In this document: positions 22,389 to 33,249 of the stretch, piece by piece
Layout: each line of letters starts with the position of its first letter
Numbering within the stretch: position 1 is the stretch's first letter
DNA from: Hydrurus foetidus
Lineage: Eukaryota
DNA: 59,691 nt
Reading direction: 5' to 3'
NCBI GenBank assembly: GCA_900617105.1
Contig: UYFQ01000506.1
Location: 310,001 to 369,691 of the forward strand
Translations under genes and position numbers: made by a program
The notes under the pieces: generated by a model
The model's database searches: none
Told to the model about the DNA's origin: nothing
What the model saw: the letters and a program-made list of their open reading frames with translations, nothing else

Positions 22389-23251
22389 TCACCAGACCAG
22401 ATCGCCCACGGCGTGCGTGGCCCCGACCTTGTCGGCCGCCAGCAGAGCCAGCACGGCCTCGGGATTGAGCAGGCCGTCCGGGCCGATGGCCTTTTCGCCA
22501 TGGATGCCCTTGGCGATGAACAGGCAGGCCAGCTTCTGGTTTTCTGCGCCCAGAACGTCGGTGATGACGCCGTCGCCGATGCACAGCACGCGGTCGCGGT
22601 CGACGGGCTTGCCGGTCAGTCTTTCCGCCTCGGCGATGGCCAGGTCATAGATCGGCGCGAAGGGCTTGCCGGCCATGATCACTTCGCCGCCCAGGTTTCG
22701 TACAGATCGGCCAGGGCCCCGGCGCAGAAGATCAGCCTGTCGCCGCGCTGCACCACCCGGTCGGGATTGGCGCAGATGAAGGTCAGGCCGCGCTTGGCGG
22801 CGATCGCCAGGCGATCACGATAGTCCTCAGGGACCTCGGTCTCGTCGTCGTAAAGGCCAGAGCAGCCGATGAAGTCGGCGTCCTCGCAGGAGGCGCTGAG
22901 GTCAAGATCAAGGCCGGCATAGAGCGGGGCGTCGCGATCCGGGCCGATCCGCCAGACCTTGCCCGGGGCGCGGGCCTCCAGCAGGGCGCGGGTGGCGTCG
23001 CCGGAGGTGACAAAGCCGCTCCAGGCCGCGCGCGGCACGCCCAGGCTGTCCAGTTGCGAGACCACATCATGCGACGGGCGCGGCGCGTTGGAGATCAGCA
23101 CCACGGGACCGACCTGGGCGCCCCATTGCACCAGGGCCTCGCAGGCCTCCGGAAAGCTCTGGACGCCGTTGTGGATCACGCCCCAGACGTCGCAAAGCAC
23201 GATGTCGTAGCGGTCGCGGAGAGCCGAGAGGCGGTCTGGAAAATCCATCAT
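22389..23251 (-). CDS. HAD-IIA family hydrolase (frameshifted)
   Basis: CDVWGVIHNG, SNAPRP, CANPD, GKP, IGDGVITD. Confidence 0.9.
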
Positions 23252-23392
23252 GGGGGCGGCGGTACCGGTCGGGAGCAGGGGCGTCAACGCTGGAAGGCTC
23301 AGGTGTCGTCGCCGCGCGCGCTTTGCAAGAGGTCGCACTTTCGCCGATCAGTGTTCTGTGAGTATGCTCCAGCCAAAGCTGGTGAGGGCCTG

Positions 23393-23959
23393 ATGGCGAT
23401 TCTGATCCTGGGACTTGTGCTGTTTTTCGGCATTCACAGCATGCGCATCGTCGCTGGCCCATTCCGCGACGCCCAGGTCGCGGCCAACCCCGGTCGATGG
23501 AAGGGACTCTATTCGCTGGTCGCGGCCGCCGGCCTTGGTCTGATCATCTGGGGCTGGATGCAATACCGGCTGATGGCCCCGCAGCTCTATGACCCACCGG
23601 CCTGGGGTCGGCATGCCGCCATGGGTCTGATGCTGCCCGCCTTCATCCTGCTGGCCGGCTCCAACGGTCCGGTCGGACGCATCAAGGCGATGGTGCGCCA
23701 TCCGATGCTGATCGGCGTCATCCTGTGGTCGGCGGGGCACCTGGCGGCCAATGGCGACCTGGCCTCGGTGCTGCTGTTCGGCAGCTTCCTGGCCTATGGT
23801 GTGATCGACCTGATCTCGGTGCTGCTCCGCAACGCGCCGCCGCCTGTCGCGACCAAGCCGCTGGCCGACCTGATCATGGTGGTGGCGGGGACGGTGCTCT
23901 ATGTCCTGTTCGTGCTGTTCCTCCACCGGATCTTCTTCGGGGTGTCGCCGCTGGGCTGA
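23393..23959 (+). CDS. NnrU family membrane protein
   Basis: LGLVLFFGIHS, WKGLYSLV, VRHPML.G..LWSAGHL.ANGD. Confidence 0.9.
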   Translation: MAILILGLVLFFGIHSMRIVAGPFRDAQVAANPGRWKGLYSLVAAAGLGLIIWGWMQYRLMAPQLYDPPAWGRHAAMGLMLPAFILLAGSNGPVGRIKAMVRHPMLIGVILWSAGHLAANGDLASVLLFGSFLAYGVIDLISVLLRNAPPPVATKPLADLIMVVAGTVLYVLFVLFLHRIFFGVSPLG

Positions 23960-24648
23960 GGCTTAGTGGCATCGTGGAAGATCACGCCCAGGGTGCGCCT
24001 TCGGCCTGAGCGGATCTCGCTGACACCATGCCGCAATATCCGCCGATGGACGCCGCGCGCGCCTTCGGCCGGCCGCTCGCGGACCGCGAAGATCACGCCT
24101 TCGCCCTGGCGCAGGGGCACGACCTGCGGGGCGGATTGCTGGCGGGGTCTCTGTTCGACCAGCACGAACTCGCCGCCCTCGAAGTCGCGGCCGGGCTCGT
24201 CCAGCAGGAAGGCGGCCTGCAGCGGGAAGACCTGCTCGCCATACAGGTCCTGGTGCAGGCAGTTATAGTCGCCCGGGCCGTAGGTCAGCATCAGCGGGGT
24301 GGGCCGCACCTGGCCGGCCGCGTGGCAGCGGGTCAGCATCTCGTCCAGGGTTTCGGGAAAGCGCCTTTCCTCGCCCAGACGCTGCGCCCAGCGATTGGCG
24401 ATCCAGGCCAGGGGCGGATAGAGGTCCTCGCGCAGGGCCTGGATCGGTTCGGGCAGGGGATAGGCGAAGTACTGATACTCGCCCTTGCCAAAGCCGTGGC
24501 GGGCCATGGTCACCTTGCTGCGGAACAGCTCAGGCCGCGCATAGAGCGCCGTCAGATCGGCGCAGGCCTGCGGGGTGAACATCGGGCCGGTCAGGGCCCA
24601 GCCGCGGGCGTCCAGTTCGGCGGCGATCCGCTTCCAGTCCAGACTCAC
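23899..24648 (-). CDS. 2OG-Fe(II) oxygenase (DUF2086-like); true stop probably near 23960
   Basis: MARHGFGKGEYQYF, HQDLYG, RHGVS..RSG.R.TLGVIFHD. Confidence 0.88.
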   Translation of the reverse strand: MSLDWKRIAAELDARGWALTGPMFTPQACADLTALYARPELFRSKVTMARHGFGKGEYQYFAYPLPEPIQALREDLYPPLAWIANRWAQRLGEERRFPETLDEMLTRCHAAGQVRPTPLMLTYGPGDYNCLHQDLYGEQVFPLQAAFLLDEPGRDFEGGEFVLVEQRPRQQSAPQVVPLRQGEGVIFAVRERPAEGARGVHRRILRHGVSEIRSGRRRTLGVIFHDATKPQPSGDTPKKIRWRNSTNRT

Positions 24649-25370
24649 GCCGCCTCGCGCGCCAGCAGGGCGGCCTTGCGCTCGACGCCCCAGCGATAGC
24701 CCGACAGGCCGCCGTCGGCGCGCACCACCCGATGGCAGGGGGTGATCACCGCCAGCGGATTGGCCCCGCAGGCATTGGCGACCACGCGGGAGGCGGTCGG
24801 CCGGCCGATGGCGCGGGCGAGTTCGGCATAGGACACCGTCTCGCCGGCCGGAATCTGGCGCAGCATCGCCCAGACCTCGCGCTGCAGGTCGGTGCCCTGG
24901 TCGTCTAGCGGCACGTCCAGGCGGCTCTCCGGGCGGTCGATGAACGCCGCCACCGCAGCCAGATCGGTCTTCAGGCCATCCGGGTCGGCGACCAGTCGCG
25001 CTGCGGGGAATCGACGCTCGAGGTCGGCCGTAAGCCCGGCGGCATCATCGCCCAAGGTGACTAGGCGCAGGCCCTTGTCCGACCGGGCGACCAGCGTCAG
25101 GCCCAGGCTGGATGCGACGATGGCGTAGCGCAGCACCTCGCGTTCGAGATCGGGCTTGCAGCGCAGGCAGGCGCGGAAGCCGGCGTCGCGGGCGCTTTGC
25201 CTTGTGGCGTGAAACGCGACGTTCTTGCGCAGGGGCCGTCCGCCGCAGCTGGCGACGCAATAGATGCCGGTGGTGCGCACGGCGATGTAGAAGGCGCCCT
25301 GGGCGGCGCGGTCCTTGCGGCGCATGGCGTCCCAGCGCGCGTCATCGTCTGGATAGGTCGAAGCGGTCAT
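24645..25370 (-). CDS. ada: Ada-type protein (N-terminal Zn site plus methyltransferase)
   Basis: TTGIYC..SC..R, GFRACLRCKP; NPLAVITPCHRVV. Confidence 0.88.
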   Translation of the reverse strand: MTASTYPDDDARWDAMRRKDRAAQGAFYIAVRTTGIYCVASCGGRPLRKNVAFHATRQSARDAGFRACLRCKPDLEREVLRYAIVASSLGLTLVARSDKGLRLVTLGDDAAGLTADLERRFPAARLVADPDGLKTDLAAVAAFIDRPESRLDVPLDDQGTDLQREVWAMLRQIPAGETVSYAELARAIGRPTASRVVANACGANPLAVITPCHRVVRADGGLSGYRWGVERKAALLAREAA

Positions 25371-25450
25371 CGGAACATCTCCTCGAGGGGAAGATGCGCC
25401 CGACGGATCAGCCGGTCATTCCGAAGCTTGCGGCCAGATACCCGAAACTG

Positions 25451-26713
25451 TCACCAGCCTGAGGCGCGCCGGCGCAGGGCGCCGCGCATGAAGTCGACCG
25501 GCGGCTCGGCCTCGGCCAGCACGGCGTCGCGGATGGCGCGCGGCTCGCCGAACAGGTGGCCCTGGCCATAGCCGATGTTGAGATCCAGGATATCGACGAT
25601 CTGCTTCTCGGCCTCGACCTTCTCGACGATCACCTCGATGCCGTAGCGGCGCGTGAGGGCGGCGAAGTCGCTGGCGTTCAGGTCGGGCAAGGAGGCGATG
25701 ACCAGCTTGCCATCCTGCTCCTGCAGCTGGTCCAGCATCATCTGGGCGCCGACCTTGAGGAACTTGACGTCGGCGCGGGCCAGGTCCTGGAAGTCGAGAT
25801 CCAGGTCATTGACCTTGTCGAGGCTGAAGCTGAAGCCCAGGCTGGCCAGACGCGACATGTGGCGGGCTTCCACCGCGCCACGACGCTCGAAGGCGGCCTG
25901 GCCCAGTTCGAAGATCACCGCGCCGGCCAGGTCCTTGTTGGCCTGCATGAATTCCAGGAACTGCGGGAAGAAGCTCTCGTCGGCCAGGCTGGCCAGCGAG
26001 ATGTTGCAGAAGATCCCGACCTTGCGGTCCTGCTTGGCCAGCCGCCGCACGATCTGCACGCAGCGGAACAGCAGCAGGTTGTCGATGGCGGTCATCAGGC
26101 CTTCCGGCTCGGCGACGGCCAGATACTCGGCGGGCATCATCACCCGGCCGGTCTCGTCGCGCAGGCGCGAGAAGCTCTCGTAGAACACGGTCCGGCGCTG
26201 GGGCAGGCTGACGATCGGCTGCAGATAGAGGTCGACCCGGTTCTCGGCCAGGGCCTCCTGCACGACCTGCAGCATGACGTTGGACTGCGGGGTGCGGCCG
26301 CGAACCTCGACGCGGGCGGCGGCGACCTGGTGGGTCAGCTGGTGCTCCAGCCGGTCGTTCATGGTGGCGATCAGGTCTTCCAGCTGGTGGACCTCGGTCG
26401 ACAGCTCCTCGGAACGGCGCTGGGCGTCGATCGCGACGCTCTCGACCAGTTCGGTCATCCGGGCGTCGATCTTCTCGATCTGGTCCAGCAGGATGGCGTG
26501 AGCTTCGCGCACGGTGTCGATGTCCATGCGGGTGCGCGCGGACTCGAAGGTGTTGGCGATCATGCCGTGGAACGCAAAGCACAGGCCCAGCGTGCCGATG
26601 AAGGCTGACAGACCGACAGCCGGAGCCGCCCCCGTGCGCCACAGCACCAGGGAGATGATCAGAGCCAGACAAAGATAGGCGCCCGTAAGCAGCGCCAGCA
26701 TCAGCCTTCGCAT
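25451..26713 (-). CDS. tipF: TipF-like flagellar polarity factor: membrane-anchored coiled coil plus degenerate EAL
   Basis: Two N-terminal TM helices, coiled coil, EAL domain with ESF in place of EAL; divergent from feoAB. Confidence 0.85.
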   Translation of the reverse strand: MRRLMLALLTGAYLCLALIISLVLWRTGAAPAVGLSAFIGTLGLCFAFHGMIANTFESARTRMDIDTVREAHAILLDQIEKIDARMTELVESVAIDAQRRSEELSTEVHQLEDLIATMNDRLEHQLTHQVAAARVEVRGRTPQSNVMLQVVQEALAENRVDLYLQPIVSLPQRRTVFYESFSRLRDETGRVMMPAEYLAVAEPEGLMTAIDNLLLFRCVQIVRRLAKQDRKVGIFCNISLASLADESFFPQFLEFMQANKDLAGAVIFELGQAAFERRGAVEARHMSRLASLGFSFSLDKVNDLDLDFQDLARADVKFLKVGAQMMLDQLQEQDGKLVIASLPDLNASDFAALTRRYGIEVIVEKVEAEKQIVDILDLNIGYGQGHLFGEPRAIRDAVLAEAEPPVDFMRGALRRRASGW

Positions 26714-26869
26714 CAGTCCGTCCACGCGAATCGTTACAGGCAATCAGACCGGTCCAGGCCTCAAGAGTCGAACAGATTAACGCCCCTGCGCCATTCCGCC
26801 TCGCTCCTCAAGAGGCCGGGCATCATAACTCAACCTTGCGAGAACGCCGCATCGACAGCGCGGCCCTGA

Positions 26870-26889
26870 ACTGATAATCACTCGCAAGT
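26870..26889. promoter_or_regulatory. Fur-box-like site upstream of feoA
   Basis: tgataatcactcgcaa directly before an iron-uptake operon. Confidence 0.6.
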
Positions 26890-26905
26890 TTTCACGGGAG
26901 TCCCG

Positions 26906-27235
26906 ATGTCCGACGGTCTTGCCCTGGTTTCCGGCCTTGACGCCATTCTTGCCGATCCGCCCTGCGCGCGTTCGCTGGGCGATGCTTCGCGCGGCGACAA
27001 GGGGGTGATCGTCAGCGTCACCGGCCAGACCGGCGCGGCCGAGGCCGTCGATGCCGAGGAACTGGAGCGGCGGCTTCTGGAGATGGGCTTTGTCGAAGGC
27101 GCGCGCGTCGAGGTCCTGCACGAGGGCCTGTTCGGCCGCGACCCTATCGCTGTGCGGGTCGATGACACCCGCGTGGCCCTTCGCCGGCGCGAGGCGCGTG
27201 CGGTGACCGTGCAGTTTGACGGGACCCAGTCTTGA
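26906..27235 (+). CDS. feoA: ferrous iron transport protein A
   Basis: RRLLEMGFVEG...DPIAVRV...ALRRREA. Confidence 0.95.
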   Translation: MSDGLALVSGLDAILADPPCARSLGDASRGDKGVIVSVTGQTGAAEAVDAEELERRLLEMGFVEGARVEVLHEGLFGRDPIAVRVDDTRVALRRREARAVTVQFDGTQS

Positions 27236-29125
27236 CCACCGAAACCGCTATTTTGACCTCCGCCTCCCTTGGGCCGGCGCGGATCGCCCTGGTCGGCAAT
27301 CCCAATTCCGGCAAGACCGCCCTGTTCAACGCCCTGACCGGCAGCCGCCAGAAGGTCGCCAACTATGCCGGCGTGACGGTTGAGCGGAAGGAAGGGGTTG
27401 TGACCACCGCCGCTGGCCAGACCCTGCGCCTTCTCGACCTGCCCGGCACCTATTCCCTGCGCGCGCGCAGTCCCGACGAAGTCGTGACCCGCGACGCCAT
27501 CCTCGGCCGCCTGGCCGGCGAGGCCGCGCCTGACGTGCTGATCTGCGTCGCCGACGCCACCAATCTGCGGCTCGTGCTGCGTCTGGCGCTGGAACTGAAA
27601 CAGGTCGGCCGGCCGTTCGTGCTGGCGCTGAACATGTACGACATCGCCCAGCGCCAGGGCCTGCGCATTGACCTGGAAAGGCTGGGCGCCGAGATCGGCG
27701 CCCCGATCGTCACCACCGTGGCGACCCGCAAGCGGGGTCTTGATGACCTGCTCGCCCAGGCCGAGGCCCTGATCCTCAGCCGGGCCGGCGAGCACGCCAG
27801 CACCTGGCGCGAACCCGACGCGGCCGAAATCCGCGCCGCACACGCCGAGGCGCAGCGTATCTTCAAGGCCTGCGTGAAGCCGCCGGAGCGACCCGACACC
27901 GTCACCAGCAAGATCGACGACGTGCTGCTCAATCCAGCGGCCGGCCTGTTGATCCTGGGCCTGCTGCTGTTTGTGATGTTCCAGGCGGTGTTCACCTGGG
28001 CCGAGCCCCTGATGGGCCTGATCGAGGCGGGCTTTGCCGGCCTGAGCGCCCTGGTCGCCGCCGTTCTGCCCGACGGCCTGCTGCAGAGTCTGATCACCGA
28101 CGGCCTGATCGCCGGGGTCGGCAGCGTGCTGGTCTTCCTGCCGCAGATCGTGATCCTGTTCTTCTTCATCCTGCTGCTGGAAGACAGCGGCTACATGGCC
28201 CGCGCGGCCTTCCTGATGGACAAGATCATGGGCGGGGCGGGCCTGCATGGCCGGGCCTTCATCCCGTTGCTGTCCAGCTTCGCCTGCGCCATCCCCGGGA
28301 TCATGTCGACGCGGGTCATCGACAACAAGCACGACCGGCTGACCACCATTCTGGTCGCGCCGCTGATGACCTGCTCGGCCCGCATCCCGGTCTATACCCT
28401 GATCATCGCCGCCTTCATTCCGCACACCACCGTCTGGGGCTTTCTGAGCCTGCCCGGTCTGGTGATGTTTGGTCTCTATGCCAGCGGGATCGTCAGCGCC
28501 CTGCTGGTTTCGTTCGTGATCCGCCGGGTGTTCTGGCGCGGCACGGTCGAGCCGTTCATGATGGAGCTGCCGACCTATCGCTGGCCCGAGCCGCGCAACG
28601 TGCTGATGAACCTGTGGACCCGCGCGCGGATCTTCATCAGCCGCGCCGGCCGCATCATCCTGCCGCTGATGGTGCTGGTCTGGGTGCTGTCGACCTTCCC
28701 CTATCCGCCGGAGGGCGCGACAGGTCCGGCCATCGACTACAGCTTCGCCGGCCGCATCGGCCACTTCATCGCCGGTCATGGCCCCCATCGGCTTCAACTG
28801 GCAGATGACGGTGGCCCTGATCCCCGGCTTCGCGGCCCGCGAAGTGGCCGTGGCGGCGCTGGGCACCGTCTATGCCGTCGGCGGCGACGACGAGGCGGGC
28901 ACCGCCCTGGGCGGCCTGCTGGCCAAGCAGTGGTCGCTGGCCACGGCCCTGTCGTTCCTGGCCTGGTACATCTTCGCCCCGCAGTGCGCGGCGACCCTGG
29001 GCGTGGTCAAGCGCGAGACCAATGGCTGGACCTGGCCGACCGTGATGTTCCTGTACATGACCGGCCTGGCCTATCTGGCCTCGTTCGCGACCTATCATAT
29101 CGCCGTGGCCATGGGGGCGGGGTAG
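27232..29125 (+). CDS. feoB: ferrous iron transporter B (frameshift ~28775)
   Basis: GNPNSGKT, NYAGVTVE, DLPGTYSL, gate domains, PQCAATL. Confidence 0.97.
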
Positions 29126-29220
29126 GGAGCCATCGGTTGCAGGCCGCTATGTTGCGCCTGGCTGACGAGGGCCACGGCTTTCTCGGCCTATGATGCCGAA
29201 CGGTGTGGTAGCCGCCGGTC

Positions 29221-29894
29221 CTAGCTTGCCGGCGAATGATCATCCGGGCGAACGCCACGGGCCAGGGCCAGTTCGGCCTGGAACATGGTGAGCTGGATGG
29301 CCGTCATCACGACCAGGGTCAGCCACCAGGGGCTCGCCAACGCCCCTGAAACCGTCCCACAGGATAAGGCCGACCAGCACCGCCTCGACCGTCCAGAAGC
29401 TGGGCGGCAGAGCGCCGCCGCCGCCGAGCGACGGAACATTCATGCCATAGGCCCGGCCAAGGGCCGGCGGCAGGGCTACGAAGGCCGTCGGGCCGCCAAG
29501 CGGGCGTGCAGGAACATCGTCCGCCGGCAGGCGTCGCCAGGATGAAGAGCAGGCTGAACAGGGCCAGCGACCAGACGTCGATCCAGGCCAGGGTCGACGC
29601 AGCAGCACATCGAAATGCGAGGCCGGACCCAGCATGTCGGTCACCAGCGTGAAGGCGCTGACGACGAGTGCGGGCGCGATGACCAGCGAGGTCCGGCCGA
29701 TCCAGCGGTGCCCAGACTGTGGCCCTGCCCGATTAGCCAGCTCTGGATGACCAGCATGACCATCCAGCTGGTCGCCAGGAGGCCGTGGATGATGCGCAGG
29801 GGATCAGGGGACCCGCCCCGCCGGTAAAGCTTGGCCAGAAGCCAAGAAGCGTGACGGCGAACGCCAGCAAAAACGCCAGATAGAGATGCCGCAT
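29221..29894 (-). CDS. multi-pass membrane hypothetical protein (frameshifted)
   Basis: MRHLYLAFLLAFAVTLLGFWPSF... hydrophobic segments across several frames. Confidence 0.55.
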
Positions 29895-29943
29895 AGGCTC
29901 GCCCCTAGATAGGCACGTTGCGCAATAGTGTCCTTTCGTCTGG

Positions 29944-31167
29944 CTAACCCGCCCGCGCCAGCCCCTTGCCATAGGCCAGCCGCCGCCAGACCCACTCCAG
30001 CGGGCCCATCGAGAACTTCGACAGCCACAGCGGCGACCAGATCAGCTGCACCCCCCAGATGATCGCGACGATCACCCAAAGGTCCACGCGGTTGGCGTCG
30101 CCATACAGGCCCAGTCCGCGCCCGCCCCAGAAGATCGTGGTCATGATGATCGACTGGCTGATGTAGTTGGTGAAGGCCATCTGACCCAGGCGGGCCAGGG
30201 GCGTCAGCAGCTTGCGCAGCAGGTCCAGCTTCAGCAGCAGGATCGCCAGCGACGCATAGCCCAGGGTGATGGGCAGGGTCAGGAACTCGAAACCGATCTG
30301 CAGGGCCCCGCTGGAGCGCGGCTGGGCGAAATCAATGAGCAGCTTCTCGCGCGACTCCATGCCGGTCACCCACAGGCCGACCGCCCCGAAGGCGACCAGA
30401 AGGGCATAGACCCAGCTCGGAGCGCGCCCGGTCAGGAAGCCCCACTTGTAGAGCGCCATGCCCAGCATCATCAGGGCCCCGGTTCGCCAGATCACGACCA
30501 GCAGGCTGACCGGCTGCAGGAACATCCAGGCCTTGAAGTTGACGCTCATGGCTCCGGCCAGGCCGGACTTGACGGTGGCGATGGCGGCGGCGACAGCGGC
30601 CGGGCTACCCTCGGCCATCTGCTTGATCACCTCGGCGCGGGTCTCGGCCGGGGCATAGTCCAGGGCCATGATCGGCAGGATCGCCAGGGCCGACCCCAGC
30701 AGGATGATCGTGATGGCGACGATGAACAGGGTGCGCGGCTTCCAGGAGCGGAACAGCAGCACCACAAAGCCGGTCACGGCATAGAGCAGCAGAATGTCGC
30801 CATACCAGATCAGCAGGCCGTGGATCAGGCCAAACAGGGTCAGCCAGCCCAGGCGGCGCCGCAGCAGCGCCCCGCGCGGCTTGTCGCTGCGTTCGCCGCC
30901 GACCAGCAGCAGCGACACGCCAAACAGCATCGAGAACAGGGTGACGAATTTGTAGTGGAAGAAGGTCTGGACCACCCACCAGGCGTCACCCTCGGCCCCG
31001 TCCATCGAGAAGGGCGAGAGTTTGGGCGTCATATAGACGTCCATCGGCAGGGCGAAGGCCACGGCGTTGACCGCGAGGATGCCCATGACGCCCAGGCCCC
31101 GCAGGACGTCCAGGCTCATATGGCGATCGCCGGCCGTCACCGGCCGCAAGGTCTGTGTTTCGGTCAT
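29944..31167 (-). CDS. DUF418 (YeiB-like) membrane protein
   Basis: LDVLRG..V.GIL, FSMLFG, GDIL..YA, GQMAFTNYI.QS, GPLEW.WR. Confidence 0.92.
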   Translation of the reverse strand: MTETQTLRPVTAGDRHMSLDVLRGLGVMGILAVNAVAFALPMDVYMTPKLSPFSMDGAEGDAWWVVQTFFHYKFVTLFSMLFGVSLLLVGGERSDKPRGALLRRRLGWLTLFGLIHGLLIWYGDILLLYAVTGFVVLLFRSWKPRTLFIVAITIILLGSALAILPIMALDYAPAETRAEVIKQMAEGSPAAVAAAIATVKSGLAGAMSVNFKAWMFLQPVSLLVVIWRTGALMMLGMALYKWGFLTGRAPSWVYALLVAFGAVGLWVTGMESREKLLIDFAQPRSSGALQIGFEFLTLPITLGYASLAILLLKLDLLRKLLTPLARLGQMAFTNYISQSIIMTTIFWGGRGLGLYGDANRVDLWVIVAIIWGVQLIWSPLWLSKFSMGPLEWVWRRLAYGKGLARAG

Positions 31168-31196
31168 CGGCGTCCCCCTTTGGAGACGCCGCACGC

Positions 31197-32075
31197 CTAG
31201 CGCGTGGGAACCGGCGTCTCGCCCCGGTAGTCATAGAACCCGCGTCCGGCCTTTTTGCCAAGCCAGCCGGCCTCGACATATTTCACCAGCAGCGGACAGG
31301 GGCGGTACTTGCTGTCGGCCAGGCCTTCATGCAGCACGTTCATGATGCTCAGCACCGTGTCCAGGCCGATGAAGTCGCCCAGTTCCAGCGGGCCCATCGG
31401 GTGGTTGGCGCCCAGCTTCATGGCGGTGTCGATGGCGTCGACCGTGCCCACGCCCTCATACAGGGTGTAGATCGCCTCGTTGATCATCGGCACCAGCACG
31501 CGGTTGACGATGAAGGCGGGGAAGTCTTCGGCGTTGCTGGTGATCTTGCCCAGCGACTTGGCGAAGGTCACGGCCGTCTCATAGGTGGGCACGTCGGTGG
31601 CGATGCCGCGAATGATCTCGACCAGCTTCATCAGCGGGACGGGGTTCATGAAGTGCAGGCCGATGAACCGCTCGGGGCGATCGGTGGCCGAGGCCAGGCG
31701 GGTGATCGAGATCGACGAGGTGTTCGAGGCCAGCAGGGTGTCGGGCTTCAGGTGCGGCTGCAGGCTGCGGAAGATGGCCTTCTTGGTCTCTTCGTTCTCG
31801 GTGGCCGCCTCGATGGCCAGATCGGTCTGGCCCACGGCGTCCAGGCCCTCGGCGGGCTTGATTCGGGCCAGAGCCCCGGCCATGGCGGCCTCGTCGATGA
31901 TGCCGCGACCCACCTGGCGGGCCAGATTCTTCTCGATCAGCGCCAAGCCCGCGTCGATGCGGTCGCGCGTCACGTCGTGCAGCAGAACCTCATAGCCCGC
32001 CAAAGCGCAGACATGCGCGATGCCGCAGCCCATCTGGCCAGCGCCGATTACGCCGACAGACTTGATTTCACTCAT
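31197..32075 (-). CDS. hbd: 3-hydroxybutyryl-CoA dehydrogenase
   Basis: GVIGAGQMGCGIA, ASNTSSISIT, HFMNPVP, GANHPMGPL. Confidence 0.93.
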   Translation of the reverse strand: MSEIKSVGVIGAGQMGCGIAHVCALAGYEVLLHDVTRDRIDAGLALIEKNLARQVGRGIIDEAAMAGALARIKPAEGLDAVGQTDLAIEAATENEETKKAIFRSLQPHLKPDTLLASNTSSISITRLASATDRPERFIGLHFMNPVPLMKLVEIIRGIATDVPTYETAVTFAKSLGKITSNAEDFPAFIVNRVLVPMINEAIYTLYEGVGTVDAIDTAMKLGANHPMGPLELGDFIGLDTVLSIMNVLHEGLADSKYRPCPLLVKYVEAGWLGKKAGRGFYDYRGETPVPTR

Positions 32076-32203
32076 GAACGCCAAGCCTTCGCCTGATACG
32101 GCGCCGGGACCGTGGTCCGCGCCCTGAATTGTGATGACTTTTCTAGCACGAGAAAGCACGCCCTCGCCAAGGCTTTGCTGCGACGCAGCGCGGAAGTATT
32201 GCG

Positions 32204-33241
32204 CTATCCCGCAGGCGGGTAGGGATGCGCCCGGCCTTCAGGGTCTTCCACCGTCCCATCGTCCAGATAACCGGGGCCCACCGGGACCTTTCCGTGGCCG
32301 CCGGGGATGTCGAGAATATAGGTCGGCTGGCACAGGCCCGAGATCGCGCCGCGCAGGGCCTTCATCAGCGCCTGGCCCTCGTCGATCGTGGTGCGCAGGT
32401 GGGCGGTGCCGGGCGCATAGTCGTGATGGTGCAGGTAATAGGGCTTGATCCGCGTCTCGACGAAGGCCCGCATCAGGGCGCTCAGGGTCTGGGGATCATC
32501 ATTGATTCCGGCCAGCAGCACGGTCTGGCTGATCATCGGGATGCCCGCATCGACGATCCGGCCGCAGGCGGCGCGGGCGGCGGGCGTCAGCTCGCGGGCA
32601 TGGTTGGCGTGCAGCGCGACATAGACCGCCTTGCCGCTGGCCTTCAGCGCGTCGACCATCTCGCCGGTGATCAGCGTCGGATCCACGGCCGGCACGCGCG
32701 TGTGGAAGCGCACCACCTTCACATGTTCGATCTGCGCCAGCCGCTCGCCGATGTCGCGCAGGCGGCGCGGCGACAGCACCAGCGGATCGCCGCCGGTGAC
32801 GATCACCTCCCAGATCTCCGGCCGCGCGGCGATATAGGCGAAGGCGGCGTCCAGCTGGGCGGGCGACAGGGTCTTGAGCCCCTCTGGACCCACCATCTCG
32901 CGGCGGAAACAGAACCGGCAATAGACCGCGCAGGTGTGGGTGGGCTTGAGCAGCACCCGGTCGGCATAGCGATGGACGACGCCCTCGACCGGGCTGTGGG
33001 TCAGGTCGCCGATCGGGTCGGGATCCTCGCCGGGCGTCGAGACCAGCTCGGCGACCTGCGGCAAGAACTGGCGGGCGATGGGGTCGGCTTCGTTGGCCGG
33101 CTCGATCAGGGCGGCCATGTCGGCGGTGATCGCCACCGCATATTGCGCCGCCACGCGCTCCAGGGCCGGCAGGCGCTCGGGAGCGATCAGGCCGGCGTCG
33201 GCCAGGGCGGCGGCGCTGCGAAGGGTGTGGGCGGGGGGCAT
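32204..33241 (-). CDS. epmB: lysine 2,3-aminomutase-like radical SAM enzyme (EF-P modification)
   Basis: VHRY.DRVLL, CAVYCRFCFRR, TGGDPL; next to epmA and efp. Confidence 0.9.
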   Translation of the reverse strand: MPPAHTLRSAAALADAGLIAPERLPALERVAAQYAVAITADMAALIEPANEADPIARQFLPQVAELVSTPGEDPDPIGDLTHSPVEGVVHRYADRVLLKPTHTCAVYCRFCFRREMVGPEGLKTLSPAQLDAAFAYIAARPEIWEVIVTGGDPLVLSPRRLRDIGERLAQIEHVKVVRFHTRVPAVDPTLITGEMVDALKASGKAVYVALHANHARELTPAARAACGRIVDAGIPMISQTVLLAGINDDPQTLSALMRAFVETRIKPYYLHHHDYAPGTAHLRTTIDEGQALMKALRGAISGLCQPTYILDIPGGHGKVPVGPGYLDDGTVEDPEGRAHPYPPAG

Positions 33242-33249
33242 GGGAGGGG

